64,000 bases of DNA from a virus (Duplodnaviria > Caudoviricetes). Within the stretch, counting starts at the first letter, position 1; every line of letters begins with the position of its first letter. The notes under the pieces were generated by a model that was not told where the DNA came from, searched no databases, and saw only the letters and a program-made list of their open reading frames with translations. The stretch spans positions 3,199 through 67,198 of the IMG/VR virus record IMGVR_UViG_3300023173_000017. One strand, 5' to 3'. The position numbers and the translations under genes are program-made. Of the stretch, positions 1 through 9,858 are shown in pieces.

Positions 1-119
1 GGGTTCATCATTAACTTAACAATGACTCCAAGTGCATCAGTAAGTTGATCGTCATTCATTAGTTCTGAGATCTCAGTAAATTCTGCTACCTCATTGACGA
101 GTTCAATCGTCGTTGTCAT
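1..119 (-). CDS. Hypothetical protein, partial (runs off window start)
   Basis: Hand-read ATG at 119, open to the edge: MTTTIELVNEVAEFTEISELMNDDQLTDALGVIVKLMMN; overlaps the end of the upstream gene. Confidence 0.7.
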   Translation of the reverse strand, partial: MTTTIELVNEVAEFTEISELMNDDQLTDALGVIVKLMMN

Positions 120-402
120 TTTCTATTAGCCTTTCTAGTTCAGACAATTCTATCACGGCTAGCCTAGTTTTGCGACTTCCCTCTCCCAATACAAGTATAA
201 GTGCAGGAGATTTTTGTTTGTCTACCTTCATTTGATCTGTTACCACTTTAGCCCAAACATCTTGAGATATAGAAAAGGACTTAGAGTATTCTTTTATATC
301 GACAACATAATTATTCCAGGTTGCGTCACCCTTCTTCTGGTTCCTCCCTGAGTTTTTATGAAGCCTTGCCCCCATTCTTTTTGCCTCTCCTCGCTCACTC
401 AT
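103..402 (-). CDS. Putative Holliday-junction resolvase / PD-(D/E)xK nuclease
   Basis: Start trimmed to ATG 402 (TAATG coupling); NSGR...KGDA...VVDIKE pattern fits PD-(D/E)xK; lies downstream of recA. Confidence 0.55.
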   Translation of the reverse strand: MSERGEAKRMGARLHKNSGRNQKKGDATWNNYVVDIKEYSKSFSISQDVWAKVVTDQMKVDKQKSPALILVLGEGSRKTRLAVIELSELERLIENDNDD

Positions 403-557
403 TAGTAGCCCCGAACATAAAGATTGACTTTGGATAGATGTTTTTCTTGACACATCCATGTTAGGTCGTATGATTTTATATAAAACCTTGCCTCTAATAC
501 TTCTTTCTTACACTCTTGACATACAAATGCTCCTGAATATATAGAAAACTTAGGCAT
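402..557 (-). CDS. Small Zn-ribbon protein
   Basis: MPKFSIYSGAFVCQECKKEV...WMCQEKH; ATG 557 overlaps end of recA. Confidence 0.65.
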   Translation of the reverse strand: MPKFSIYSGAFVCQECKKEVLEARFYIKSYDLTWMCQEKHLSKVNLYVRGY

Positions 558-1566
558 TAGTAACCTTGTCGATAAGAGACTCTTGAATATCAAGATCTTC
601 TTTTACTCCAAGAATCAACTTGTCCCTGCCTTGGAATCTTTCTCCATTGACTGTATACCATGCTCCTGCTCGTTCAATGAATCCAAGAATTTCTGCTGTA
701 TCAACCAAATCAGCGATACTGTCAATCCCAATATCGTTTCCCCTGAAATAGAAATCATATTCCCCACTTTGGAACGCAGGGCTTGTCTTGCTGAACTGAA
801 CATCCCATCTAACCTTTCTTCCTACTTTTTCTTCAATAATCTTATCTCCCACATGAATCTTTCCTTTGATTGCCTGGTTGTCTGATTCAGAGGAGAACAA
901 CTTAATAATGGTTGAAGAATAGAACTTTGTAGCCATGCCCCCTGTTGGTTGCTGGCTTGTATACATAGCAGTAATGTTATTGCGAGCCTGACTGATAAGC
1001 ACCAACAGCGTTGGCTTTGTTTGATTGTTTGCATAGTTAAGCATCTTTACGGCATTGGTCATATCCTTTGCCTCCGCACCAATCTGCTTGGTGTTTTCTA
1101 GTTGCTTTAACTCATTGCTATCCTTCTCAAAGTAGACTGCTGGAAGAAGGGCAGAGATACTATCCACAACAATGATATCTGCTCCTGCTTGCATAAGATC
1201 CGTACCAACATCCACCATATCGTTTATAGTGCGAGCCGTAGAGTAGATTAGGTTGTCTGGATCTACCCCCAGAGTTCTCGCCCAATCTTCTGAATAAGAC
1301 ATTTCTGCATCTATCCATGCACAAACCTTTCCTTCCTTTTGGGCCATACCAATCATTTGCAGGCACAAAGATGACTTAGCAGAGGACTTTGATCCCCATA
1401 TAAGAATCTGACGACCATACGGCAATCCACCCCCCAATGCCCTGTTAAGACCATATGAGGGAGTTGGCTGCTTCTCAATCACAATGCCAGTTCCAGTAGT
1501 TATACTCTTACGCAACTTTGGATTTAGTTGTGACAGAACTTCTTCTGCACTCATAACATCAGACAT
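550..1566 (-). CDS. recA: RecA/UvsX-like recombinase
   Basis: LNRALGGGLPYGR, P-loop GSKSSAKS, AWIDAE, IIVVDSIS, GGMATKFYSS. Confidence 0.95.
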   Translation of the reverse strand: MSDVMSAEEVLSQLNPKLRKSITTGTGIVIEKQPTPSYGLNRALGGGLPYGRQILIWGSKSSAKSSLCLQMIGMAQKEGKVCAWIDAEMSYSEDWARTLGVDPDNLIYSTARTINDMVDVGTDLMQAGADIIVVDSISALLPAVYFEKDSNELKQLENTKQIGAEAKDMTNAVKMLNYANNQTKPTLLVLISQARNNITAMYTSQQPTGGMATKFYSSTIIKLFSSESDNQAIKGKIHVGDKIIEEKVGRKVRWDVQFSKTSPAFQSGEYDFYFRGNDIGIDSIADLVDTAEILGFIERAGAWYTVNGERFQGRDKLILGVKEDLDIQESLIDKVTNA

Positions 1567-1907
1567 TAAGCAAGCACTCCATGCATCTTAGGACGAGAAA
1601 CATTCTTCTCCATCTTTTCATTGATGGCCTTTGCTAATGAGTGATTGGTATATTGATCTGTACTCATACCAGCCCATAGGTCAAGGACACGAATAATAAT
1701 GTCTGCTAGTTCTTCAACTACAACATCATCTCCCATCTCCTTGCGAATAGCCTCAAGAGTTTCGCTTACCTCGCTATGAACCATAGCCAACTGCTTCAGA
1801 TAAAAGATAACCCTGTTGTCTTCTGTATCTGCGTCCCAGAAGCCCTTTCTCCGTGCATTAGCGTTAAGAGTAAACGCTAAATCATCCATATCTCGTAAAT
1901 ACTTCAT
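1566..1907 (-). CDS. mazG: MazG-like nucleotide pyrophosphohydrolase
   Basis: HSEVSETLEAIRK...VEELADIIIRVLDL...EKMEKNVSRP. Confidence 0.85.
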   Translation of the reverse strand: MKYLRDMDDLAFTLNANARRKGFWDADTEDNRVIFYLKQLAMVHSEVSETLEAIRKEMGDDVVVEELADIIIRVLDLWAGMSTDQYTNHSLAKAINEKMEKNVSRPKMHGVLA

Positions 1908-4900
1908 GCTTGAACTACCTCCTTTAATGTTAGCCCTCCTTCTTTTGTCTTGCCAAATTCCATCTCAAAAGCCTTGCCCTCATCTAGTCTTGTGTATGCA
2001 ATAGCAAAGGCTGTAGGAAATACAACTACTGAATACAGTTCTCTGTTGTGGTCTGCCACGACAAGGCTTGCCATCCTCTTACCTGATTTCGTTACGCGAG
2101 GCTTAAAGGATAGCACATAATGCTCTTTTTCGCTATATGGCAACTGCCTATAGTTAAGAAACTTTAGTAGTGTGGACTCACTACCCTGTATATTTTCGAC
2201 AGGAATCGCTTCCATGACTCTGTTAGATCCAACAAGAATAATATAAGTCTTGCCAGCCTCAATCTTAGTGTCTTCATCATCAAATACTCCAATAGATCCT
2301 GTGTTGTCTAGTATTTCTACTCTTGACCAACCTTTACCTCGCTTGATTCCTCTGACTACGCCCATCAGGATAAATACTCCATCCTCATCAAACTCATCAA
2401 CGGAATTAAGGTGTGCGCGATAGTGTTGTGGAACCTCATTACTAAACTCTGGAAGATTTAGATATTCATAAAGATTCTCCCTGACCTTCTCATCGTCCCT
2501 TGGATTGTCTGAGAACGTCAATGCTCCAACGGCATTGAGAGCGTTTAGTGCTCTAGAGTTTACTCCATTTCCCTTGGTAAATGTATACTCTTCAACTTCC
2601 TTGTAAGAGTTAAATGGCCTTCCTTCAATATATCTTGAAGCGATCTTATCAGAAATGAACTTAATTGCTGCCAACCCAAAACGAATACCTTTCCCTTCAA
2701 TCTTAAAATCAATATCAGAATCATTAATGTGTGGTAGACGCAACGGAATACCAATGCGCTTTGCCTCAATCAAATACTCTGTGCGAGCATCCTTGTCCTT
2801 CTCATTCTTAAGAAGGGCAAACATAAACTCTAGTGGATAATAATACTTTAGCCATGCCGTCCAGTACGAGAGCGTTGAGTAAGCGACAGCATGAGACTTA
2901 TTAAAGGAGTATCCTGCGTGGGCCTCAAAATCATGCCACATCTTTTCAGCAGCAGCCCCGCCAAGTGGCCCAGTTGCGTTCCGAATAAATAACTCCTTGA
3001 ATTGGTCAAACTCTTTCGCATCCTTCTTCTTGCCAATAATCTTACGGACCTTGTTTGCCTCGCCCATAGTCATACCGCCAAGTTTGGTACAGGCAAGCAT
3101 AACTTGCTCCTGATATAAAATTGTACCGTATGTATCTGAGGTAAACTCCTGCATTATTGGATGAGGATATACAACCATTTCCTTGCCACGCTTGCGAGCA
3201 ACATAGTCCTTGCCAATAGTGTTCATGGCACCAGGACGAACTAGTGCGTTAGATGCAACCAACTCATCGAACTTGCTTACGCCCATCTTGACCAGGAGGT
3301 TTGTGTAAGGTGTTGCCTCACACTGGAATACACCCTTGGTATACCCATCAGAAAGCATAGCGTAGATGTTTTTATCTTCCATATCAATAGAACTAAGATC
3401 AATCTTCTTTCCTGTACGCTCTTCAATAATTGAGATAGCATCGTTGATTACCGTCAAGGTCTTAAGACCAAGTGCATCAATCTTGATTAGACCAATGTCT
3501 GCCGCTTCTTCCATATCTACGGCTACCACAGGGATTCTGCCAGTAGATCCTGTAACGGAGCGTGTCTCCATTGGGGCAACCTTGGAAATGGGTGTCTTGG
3601 ATGTTACAACGCCTGCTGCATGTACCCCTGTGCCACGGATACGACCACGCATCTTGTCACCATACTTTTCTACCTCAGGGTACTTTTCCCTAAACCAGGC
3701 GGTGTTCTTGGAGGTTAGATATTCTTCCCATGTATCTACCGTCTTGAGAGCACGGTTTACGTCTGCAAGGGGGATATTGAGGGCACGGCTAACATCTCGT
3801 ACAACTCCCTTATCCTTGAACTGAAGGAAGGTGGCAATGCTAGCAACATAGCGATACTGCTTTTCTAGATAATCTTTCACCTCTTCACGACGGCTATCCT
3901 GAATATCACTATCAATGTCAGGCCAGTCATCACGGTCAATATCAATAAATCGGAAGAACAGTAGCCCATGCTTGATGGGGTCAATGTCTGTAATTCCTAG
4001 TGCATAACACAACAGAGATCCTGCTGATGATCCACGACCAGGACCAACCATGATGCCATTCTTCTTCGCCCAGTTAAGCATGTTACGAACAACGATAAAG
4101 TATGGAGCAAAATTCTTTTCCTTGATAACCGCTAACTCTTCTTCTAGGCGATCAACATATTCTTGATTAGTATGCAGATTATTGGCTTCTAGGAACTCTT
4201 CTGCATACTTTCTAATCTCTGCGTCAGGGTTGCGGTGTTCGGCAGGAAGAAGATTAAGATTGCGACTGATAGTATAGTCCTCAACCTTGTCTGCAATCTC
4301 AAGGCTATTGACAAACATATCATCTCTAAACCCACCGTTGCCTTCCATAGACTCACGCATCTCTTCTGGCGATAGAAGATGAATGTCAAACTTGTTAAAA
4401 CTCATCATTCGGTCATGACCGTAAAGATAATCAAGGCGTTCCATCATATCTTCATACTTCTTTGACTTCTCAAACGTGGCCTCTTTGTCTAACTTGGCAT
4501 GAGTATTGAGAATAAGCATCATCTCTTGGATTTCTTTTTGATCTACCGTCGCATGGTGGCAGTCTGGCGTAACAACAATCTTGTAGCCTCCTGCATCTGC
4601 CAATTCAACAAGTGCCTCATTCATACCAGGCTGATTGTGTGGCATAACCTCTACATAAAAGTCATCGCCAAACCTATCTCCAAACCACTGAAGGTGCTGT
4701 TTGGCTACCGCAAACTCTTCTTGCTCAATTGCCTTGTTGATTAGTCCACTCATACATGCTGAAGTGACAATCAGGCCGTCACCGTACTTGTCCAATACCT
4801 CAAAGTCAATGCGGGGCTTCTTATAAAATCCCTCGTTCCACCCAATCTCGTTTAGTTTGCCAAGATTCTCTAGACCCTCATCATTCTTAGCAAGAATAAC

Positions 4901-5176
4901 AATATGATTATAGACAAGATCAAGCGGGGCTGCTCTCTCTGACTTATCTCTCTTATCAAAGCGGTCTGCCGTGATATACCCCTCTATCCCCAAAATAGGC
5001 TTAACGCCCTGTGCCTTAGCAGCACGATACATTGGCCTATGACCAGATAGCGTGCCGTGATCTGTAATTGCAATGGCAGGCATCCCCAACTCTGCTGCTC
5101 TTGCTGAATACTCCTCTGGTGTTGCTACGCCGTCCATGAGGCTGTAATGAGTATGAACGTGAAGTGGTGCGTACAA
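1904..5176 (-). CDS. dnaE: DNA polymerase III alpha subunit (family C)
   Basis: PHP motif LHVHTHYSLMDG, GPGRGSSAGS, PDIDSD, FNKSHAVAYS; start reassigned to TTG 5176 behind SD AAAGGA; no intein seen. Confidence 0.97.
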   Translation of the reverse strand: MYAPLHVHTHYSLMDGVATPEEYSARAAELGMPAIAITDHGTLSGHRPMYRAAKAQGVKPILGIEGYITADRFDKRDKSERAAPLDLVYNHIVILAKNDEGLENLGKLNEIGWNEGFYKKPRIDFEVLDKYGDGLIVTSACMSGLINKAIEQEEFAVAKQHLQWFGDRFGDDFYVEVMPHNQPGMNEALVELADAGGYKIVVTPDCHHATVDQKEIQEMMLILNTHAKLDKEATFEKSKKYEDMMERLDYLYGHDRMMSFNKFDIHLLSPEEMRESMEGNGGFRDDMFVNSLEIADKVEDYTISRNLNLLPAEHRNPDAEIRKYAEEFLEANNLHTNQEYVDRLEEELAVIKEKNFAPYFIVVRNMLNWAKKNGIMVGPGRGSSAGSLLCYALGITDIDPIKHGLLFFRFIDIDRDDWPDIDSDIQDSRREEVKDYLEKQYRYVASIATFLQFKDKGVVRDVSRALNIPLADVNRALKTVDTWEEYLTSKNTAWFREKYPEVEKYGDKMRGRIRGTGVHAAGVVTSKTPISKVAPMETRSVTGSTGRIPVVAVDMEEAADIGLIKIDALGLKTLTVINDAISIIEERTGKKIDLSSIDMEDKNIYAMLSDGYTKGVFQCEATPYTNLLVKMGVSKFDELVASNALVRPGAMNTIGKDYVARKRGKEMVVYPHPIMQEFTSDTYGTILYQEQVMLACTKLGGMTMGEANKVRKIIGKKKDAKEFDQFKELFIRNATGPLGGAAAEKMWHDFEAHAGYSFNKSHAVAYSTLSYWTAWLKYYYPLEFMFALLKNEKDKDARTEYLIEAKRIGIPLRLPHINDSDIDFKIEGKGIRFGLAAIKFISDKIASRYIEGRPFNSYKEVEEYTFTKGNGVNSRALNALNAVGALTFSDNPRDDEKVRENLYEYLNLPEFSNEVPQHYRAHLNSVDEFDEDGVFILMGVVRGIKRGKGWSRVEILDNTGSIGVFDDEDTKIEAGKTYIILVGSNRVMEAIPVENIQGSESTLLKFLNYRQLPYSEKEHYVLSFKPRVTKSGKRMASLVVADHNRELYSVVVFPTAFAIAYTRLDEGKAFEMEFGKTKEGGLTLKEVVQA

Positions 5177-5195
5177 AATATTCCTTTCTTGTAAA

Positions 5196-5294
5196 GGTGG
5201 GGGGAGACTTCTCTGGAATTTCAACCGTAACTCAGCAGTTAACTACAACCATCCTAAGTTTTGCGAAATCCAGCACGTTGCGACTCCCCCCACC
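5196..5294 (-). ncRNA. Candidate structured cis-regulatory RNA or DNA hairpin between ssb and dnaE
   Basis: Perfect 11-bp closing stem GGTGGGGGGAG/CTCCCCCCACC enclosing nested stems CTGGA-TTTC/GAAA-T-TCCAG and AACTTAG/CTGAGTT. Confidence 0.55.
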
Positions 5295-5301
5295 AGCCTA
5301 A

Positions 5302-5982
5302 TTACCAGTCAATGTTAGTGGACGATGAAGTTGCTGAGAGGGTATCAAACCCTAGATAGAAAGATTCCTGCTCTGCGTAAGGAACCTCACGAACAACCTT
5401 TTCAAGATTGAATGACTCAACACCATTCCAATCAAATGGCTCTGTATCGGGGGCCGTAGGTAGCAGAACATAGGTGGTATCTGTACCAGTACCCTGACGC
5501 TTCAAACGCCATGTAAGGTTACTAATGCTACCTGTGTCAATAGCGTACTCACGAATGCTATTGAATGCAGACTGCTTTCCTACACCCTGCGACCATACTG
5601 CAACATATGGATCTTCCATGCCATCATCAACTAGCAAGTTGGTGTAATAGCGCAAACGTGGCCTCCACGAACCGCCGCGCTTACGATCTTCCATTGTTTC
5701 TTTGCGAGCCATCTCGCATCCAAAGCAGCGTCCCTCTGTGTCCTGTGAGCAAACAGCCTTGCGCTTGTAGTCCTTTGGATTTGTGTGTTCTGACACTACG
5801 ATAGCAAGATCGCGTGCCTCGTCAAAGTTGGGTGAATCAGAATCAAGTTCGTTAATAAAGCGAGCCTTGACTGACTGACCATCCTCCAACTTAAGCCAAC
5901 GGACCTTTACTCCGTTGCTTTCGATTGCTGTGGGCTTATCAATGGCCTGTTCCATGGCCTTTAGCCCCTTCATAATTCCCAT
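5302..5982 (-). CDS. ssb: Single-stranded DNA-binding protein (gp32-like)
   Basis: HTNPKDYKRKAVC...CFGC Zn ligands, WRLKRQGTGTDTTY, short C-terminal tail ending IDW; between primase and polymerase. Confidence 0.75.
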   Translation of the reverse strand: MGIMKGLKAMEQAIDKPTAIESNGVKVRWLKLEDGQSVKARFINELDSDSPNFDEARDLAIVVSEHTNPKDYKRKAVCSQDTEGRCFGCEMARKETMEDRKRGGSWRPRLRYYTNLLVDDGMEDPYVAVWSQGVGKQSAFNSIREYAIDTGSISNLTWRLKRQGTGTDTTYVLLPTAPDTEPFDWNGVESFNLEKVVREVPYAEQESFYLGFDTLSATSSSTNIDW

Positions 5983-5993
5983 AATACTTCTCC

Positions 5994-6938
5994 TTATAGT
6001 AATGCAAATAATGGATCTGATATTTTTTCATTTAATTTTTGTATATCATCATCTGTCATATCTCCAATATCCTTGAAGCGTGACGGTATGTTGATAAGTG
6101 TAGCACGACTTCCTAGACGATCCAAGATCTTTTGCTGCATTCCCTTTCCTGCGTCGTCGTTATCTCCGACAACTATAGCATTATTGAAATACTTTGTCAA
6201 TAGTTCTATCTGGTTTCGTGATACATTTGCTCCCAAAGTGGCTACCGCTGGTATACCGTTTTGGTCTAGACGAATGGCATCAAAAGATGATTCGACTACA
6301 TACACCGTGTCATGTTTTCTTGCACGATGAAGATTAAAAAGTATCCTGGACTTAGGCAATCCTGGGGTATTTTTAAACTCTTTACCCTCTACTGACCTTG
6401 CGACAAAACCAAGCAGCACTGAGCCGTCTGGATTATGCATAGGAACAATAACCATGTCTTGATTACTTGAATATCCCAATAAAAACTTATTGACGGAATT
6501 TTCTGATAATCTTCTACCCTCATAATATCTCATAGCCCTGGGGGACTCTAGTGCCTGAGAGTGAAGCCTACGAATAAGAACCTCGTCATATGCCTTCCAC
6601 TCTGGTTCTTTATACAAAGCCTTATCTATAGCACCCACAATGTCTGACTCTGTTGCCATAGAGTCAATAAATCTAATTGACTCAAAGTATGTCTTGTGTG
6701 TAACAAACATTACGAACTCTACTAAAGATTTAGATACCTGGCAAGAAAAGCAAAAGAAGGTTCCTCGTTCTTTAGATATTTCTCCCGCAGGGGTACGATG
6801 ATTATCGTGAAATGGGCAAAAGATAATATAGTCAGAATCTACTTCTGATTCGATCTGGATTCCCGATCCTGTGATGACTTGCCCGATTTGTTCTGGGGTG
6901 TATAGATTGGCTTGCTGCCGTATATACCTTTCATCCAT
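5994..6938 (-). CDS. dnaG: DNA primase (CHC2 Zn finger + TOPRIM)
   Basis: CPFHDNHRTP...FFCFSC; VVESSFDA; GDNDDAG. Confidence 0.92.
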   Translation of the reverse strand: MDERYIRQQANLYTPEQIGQVITGSGIQIESEVDSDYIIFCPFHDNHRTPAGEISKERGTFFCFSCQVSKSLVEFVMFVTHKTYFESIRFIDSMATESDIVGAIDKALYKEPEWKAYDEVLIRRLHSQALESPRAMRYYEGRRLSENSVNKFLLGYSSNQDMVIVPMHNPDGSVLLGFVARSVEGKEFKNTPGLPKSRILFNLHRARKHDTVYVVESSFDAIRLDQNGIPAVATLGANVSRNQIELLTKYFNNAIVVGDNDDAGKGMQQKILDRLGSRATLINIPSRFKDIGDMTDDDIQKLNEKISDPLFALL

Positions 6939-7177
6939 TCTGCATTCCTCTTCCCTACAAAAGTACCGTAAACAGATAATTTGAAATTGTAATGTTTGCC
7001 ATTATAGTCGATTGTAAACTGTGGGTCAATATCTAGTCTTGGTGCATATCCTTGTAATTTCATTTGTGTATTTAGTATATTTATATATTCATTTTGTAAT
7101 CTTGGTATTAGTGCATCATCATAGATCTGTCCATCTAAATGGAAACGCTTAATAGACCTATGTATGAAGTTTTTCAT
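6839..7177 (-). CDS. Hypothetical protein
   Basis: ORF with leaderless-geometry promoter; 100-nt overlap with primase 5' end. Confidence 0.75.
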   Translation of the reverse strand: MKNFIHRSIKRFHLDGQIYDDALIPRLQNEYINILNTQMKLQGYAPRLDIDPQFTIDYNGKHYNFKLSVYGTFVGKRNAEWMKGIYGSKPIYTPQNKSGKSSQDRESRSNQK

Positions 7178-7183
7178 GCATTA

Positions 7184-7192
7184 ATTATACCA
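7184..7192 (-). promoter_or_regulatory. Extended -10 promoter TGGTATAAT, leaderless geometry
   Basis: 6 nt between TATAAT and ATG 7177. Confidence 0.7.
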
Positions 7193-7196
7193 GCGA

Positions 7197-8408
7197 TTAC
7201 TCAAAGTCTTTGTAAATAAACCTACCACTATCGAAATCTACCTGCACCATAAACTCTCCCAGATATCCATTGCGATTCTTCCTAAATACCGCCTCAAGAA
7301 CATCGCTGTTTGGGGCACGACCAAGTGCTAGCAACCAGTCAGCATCGTAGGCAATCTGTCGTGACCATGAGGTTTGACCAAGTGTTGGAACGCTGTTCAT
7401 ATCAGTAACATCATCTGGTGTTGCAGAAGAGATAGCAACAATAGGAATCTGTTCTGAGATAGCAAGCAACTTCAATTCACGACTGAGGTTCTTCATCTTA
7501 ACAACCTCATTTTCAGTCTTAGTATTTGAGGTCATAAGATTAAGATAGTCTACAAATACAATGTCTGGCTTGTACTGATCAATCTTGCCACGCAATACGC
7601 TTGGAGATACCTCGCCAATTCCATCGTTGGAAATGATATGAATAGATGGCTTGTTTGTAAATTCTTTTGCAGCCCACTTCTTAAACATATCAATCTCTAC
7701 TTGCCCAGCAGACAACTTACGGTGGCTCCATATACCCTGCCCAATAATAGTAAAAATACGATTACGAACCTCTTCCTCCGTCATTTCCAGAGAAACAATT
7801 AGTGGTGATTTTCCATTCTTCCATGCCTGAACAGCCAAGTAAAGAGCCATCCAAGACTTACCGATAGCAGGGTAAGCCAAAAGAACTCCCAACTGGCCTT
7901 GCGTAATTCCCGCAGGGAGGTAGTTGTCGAATCCTGCCAAACCTGTGTAGATCCCATGTGTTCCTGCCTCTTGCATTTCTCTAATACGCTGAAAATATCC
8001 AATAGCGTCATCAACGTCTGTTACGTCAAGATCGCGGATATCAGCGGTTACCTTCTTTAAGTTTGTTGTTTCATTTACTAGAGTGTTGAGGGCATCTGTA
8101 GCCCTGCCCTCTTTGATTTCTTGAGCCGCTGCTCGCAGCATATTTGTAATGCCATCATTCATATAGTCAGAACGCAGTTCGTCAAGGTGGTGCTTTGTTG
8201 AACCCACATCATCTTGATAATCAAAGTCAGAGAAGTTCTGCTTTACAATGTTTACTGGTGGAACAGATTGATTCTTCTCATAATAATTTCTAACAAATTC
8301 CCAAATATCTGCGTGTGTCCTAAGCATATTGTCTACGTTTGCCTGTAGCAAAACATGGACCTGCTTATCCTTCAATACCGCCGAAATAATCTTGTCTTCT
8401 AGATTCAC
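7197..8408 (-). CDS. dnaB: Replicative DnaB-like helicase
   Basis: Walker A AYPAIGKS, SLEM, VFVDYL, QIAYDAD, KNRNG; GTG 8408 couples to upstream TGA. Confidence 0.93.
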   Translation of the reverse strand: MNLEDKIISAVLKDKQVHVLLQANVDNMLRTHADIWEFVRNYYEKNQSVPPVNIVKQNFSDFDYQDDVGSTKHHLDELRSDYMNDGITNMLRAAAQEIKEGRATDALNTLVNETTNLKKVTADIRDLDVTDVDDAIGYFQRIREMQEAGTHGIYTGLAGFDNYLPAGITQGQLGVLLAYPAIGKSWMALYLAVQAWKNGKSPLIVSLEMTEEEVRNRIFTIIGQGIWSHRKLSAGQVEIDMFKKWAAKEFTNKPSIHIISNDGIGEVSPSVLRGKIDQYKPDIVFVDYLNLMTSNTKTENEVVKMKNLSRELKLLAISEQIPIVAISSATPDDVTDMNSVPTLGQTSWSRQIAYDADWLLALGRAPNSDVLEAVFRKNRNGYLGEFMVQVDFDSGRFIYKDFE

Positions 8409-8713
8409 CCTGACAGCCACTCCTTAGCCTTAGCACGCCTCTCAGCACGCAACTTATCATCTTCTTCTTTTGCCGCCTTAGATTGTAGCAGACGATCTAT
8501 GTTGTTAGCAAACCCCTTCCATGTTGGCCTTGGGTTAATCATAAAATAATATGTCATTGCGTCATAAATCTCTTCAAGATCAAAGGACTCTAGCAAAGCA
8601 TCTGCTGCCCATTGCTCATTGTACTTATTTAGATTGGGGGCAGGCATTCCATTAATCTTGCAATGCTTCTCATACCTGCTCAAAACGGCGAAACGCTGCT
8701 TTCTGTCAGCCAT
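8405..8713 (-). CDS. Hypothetical protein preceding helicase (possible loader)
   Basis: Coupled ORF; function from position only. Confidence 0.7.
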   Translation of the reverse strand: MADRKQRFAVLSRYEKHCKINGMPAPNLNKYNEQWAADALLESFDLEEIYDAMTYYFMINPRPTWKGFANNIDRLLQSKAAKEEDDKLRAERRAKAKEWLSG

Positions 8714-8955
8714 TAATCAATCCTTACATGAGAAACAACAGCGGTTATAGCATAAGCATCATCATCCATGTAGTGCCCAGTATGAGATATCAGAGTTACA
8801 AAATCTGTATCTCCAAGAAGGTTGCCCATTTGCCTAAACGCTTCTGCCTCTGTGATGCCATAAGAGCATAAGACAGATACCTGCTCATTTGATGCGATGT
8901 ATGCGTAATTATTTGAACTATCTGAGTTATTAAACTCAACCCAAAAATCATCCAT
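8713..8955 (-). CDS. Hypothetical protein
   Basis: Coupled ORF (TAATG overlaps both sides). Confidence 0.7.
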   Translation of the reverse strand: MDDFWVEFNNSDSSNNYAYIASNEQVSVLCSYGITEAEAFRQMGNLLGDTDFVTLISHTGHYMDDDAYAITAVVSHVRID

Positions 8956-9152
8956 TACTCAAGTTCTTCCTTTGCCTCCTGCAACTTCTCAATCAGTTGC
9001 TGCTCAACAAAAGAGTAGACACGATCCGATGCTTCCTTAGTGGATTCACTATCACGCACATAGTCCTCTACCTGGCAATCCAGACGTAGTGACTGAAAAT
9101 TTCCTGTATTCAATGTATAACCCAGTGACCACTGGACCTTTGTTGGCTCCAT
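8955..9152 (-). CDS. Hypothetical protein
   Basis: LGYTLNTGNFQSLRLD followed by a helical C-terminus. Confidence 0.75.
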   Translation of the reverse strand: MEPTKVQWSLGYTLNTGNFQSLRLDCQVEDYVRDSESTKEASDRVYSFVEQQLIEKLQEAKEELE

Positions 9153-9166
9153 AGCACAACCCTTCT

Positions 9167-9709
9167 CTAGATAGTTTCAGAAAACACTGGTATAAAATTA
9201 CCGTTTTCGTCTTTCGTGTACAATAGGATACCATCTCCCATTGCTGCACGCAACTCCTGTTCGGTAGGAGTTTTGTTGTTTGTTATGAGTCCGTCTTTTC
9301 TTGGCTGCCCCTGATGAATCATGGACATTGCCCTCCTTGCTTCCATAATTACATCTTCTGAATAATAAGATGTGTAATGAAATGCTCTCTTGCCCCCTGG
9401 CAATTCACCCGTAGGCTCTGGTATTGCACCTCTTTTTACTAGTCTTGGAATATGCTTCACATGACAGTTTAGAAGTTGTGCTGTTTCTTTGACTGTAAAC
9501 GCTTTCTTTCTTTTCTTTTTAAATTCAACAATGGTAGTAGTCATTGTTTCATCTTTTGTTTTGTTGTACAGGGTAACTATTCCTGCCGCCCTGCTAGTGT
9601 GAACTATTTTAACTAGATCACCATTTAAAAACCATATTTTTGTTTTGGGCTTAACTACAGGCTTGAGATTGAGGTTACCGATCTCATCTGCTCCATTTTT
9701 AGAAGCCAT
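9167..9709 (-). CDS. Helix-turn-helix DNA-binding protein (MerR/excisionase-like HTH)
   Basis: FTVKETAQLLNCHVKHIPRLVKRGAIPEP; start uncertain. Confidence 0.7.
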   Translation of the reverse strand: MASKNGADEIGNLNLKPVVKPKTKIWFLNGDLVKIVHTSRAAGIVTLYNKTKDETMTTTIVEFKKKRKKAFTVKETAQLLNCHVKHIPRLVKRGAIPEPTGELPGGKRAFHYTSYYSEDVIMEARRAMSMIHQGQPRKDGLITNNKTPTEQELRAAMGDGILLYTKDENGNFIPVFSETI

Positions 9710-9849
9710 GATGCCTTCCTATCTTTTTTAGTAAAGTTATGGTACATCTCTCTTTTACCACACAGTATACAAAAAAGTTCTATATGATTTTTAGAGGTGT
9801 AGGCTCTATCAATAAACACCCTTCCTTTACACTTTCTACATGTTAGCAC
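9655..9849 (-). CDS. Small Zn-ribbon protein
   Basis: CRKC...CILCG; GTG start 8 nt after TATAAT. Confidence 0.75.
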   Translation of the reverse strand: MLTCRKCKGRVFIDRAYTSKNHIELFCILCGKREMYHNFTKKDRKASWLLKMEQMRSVTSISSL

Positions 9850-9858
9850 AAGAATAAA

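Noticed and set aside
5177-5224. N-terminal extension MKFQRSLPPPLQERNI on DnaE
   Set aside because: It runs through the structured element and SD; TTG 5176 gives a canonical PHP start
5215-5240. Hammerhead ribozyme (CTGCTGAG...GAAA on minus strand)
   Set aside because: Core differs from CUGANGA and no stem II can form before GAAA
6839-6938. 100-nt overlap between primase and upstream gene as a hidden frameshift
   Set aside because: No slippery site seen; both frames read plausibly, and the primase start may simply be uncertain
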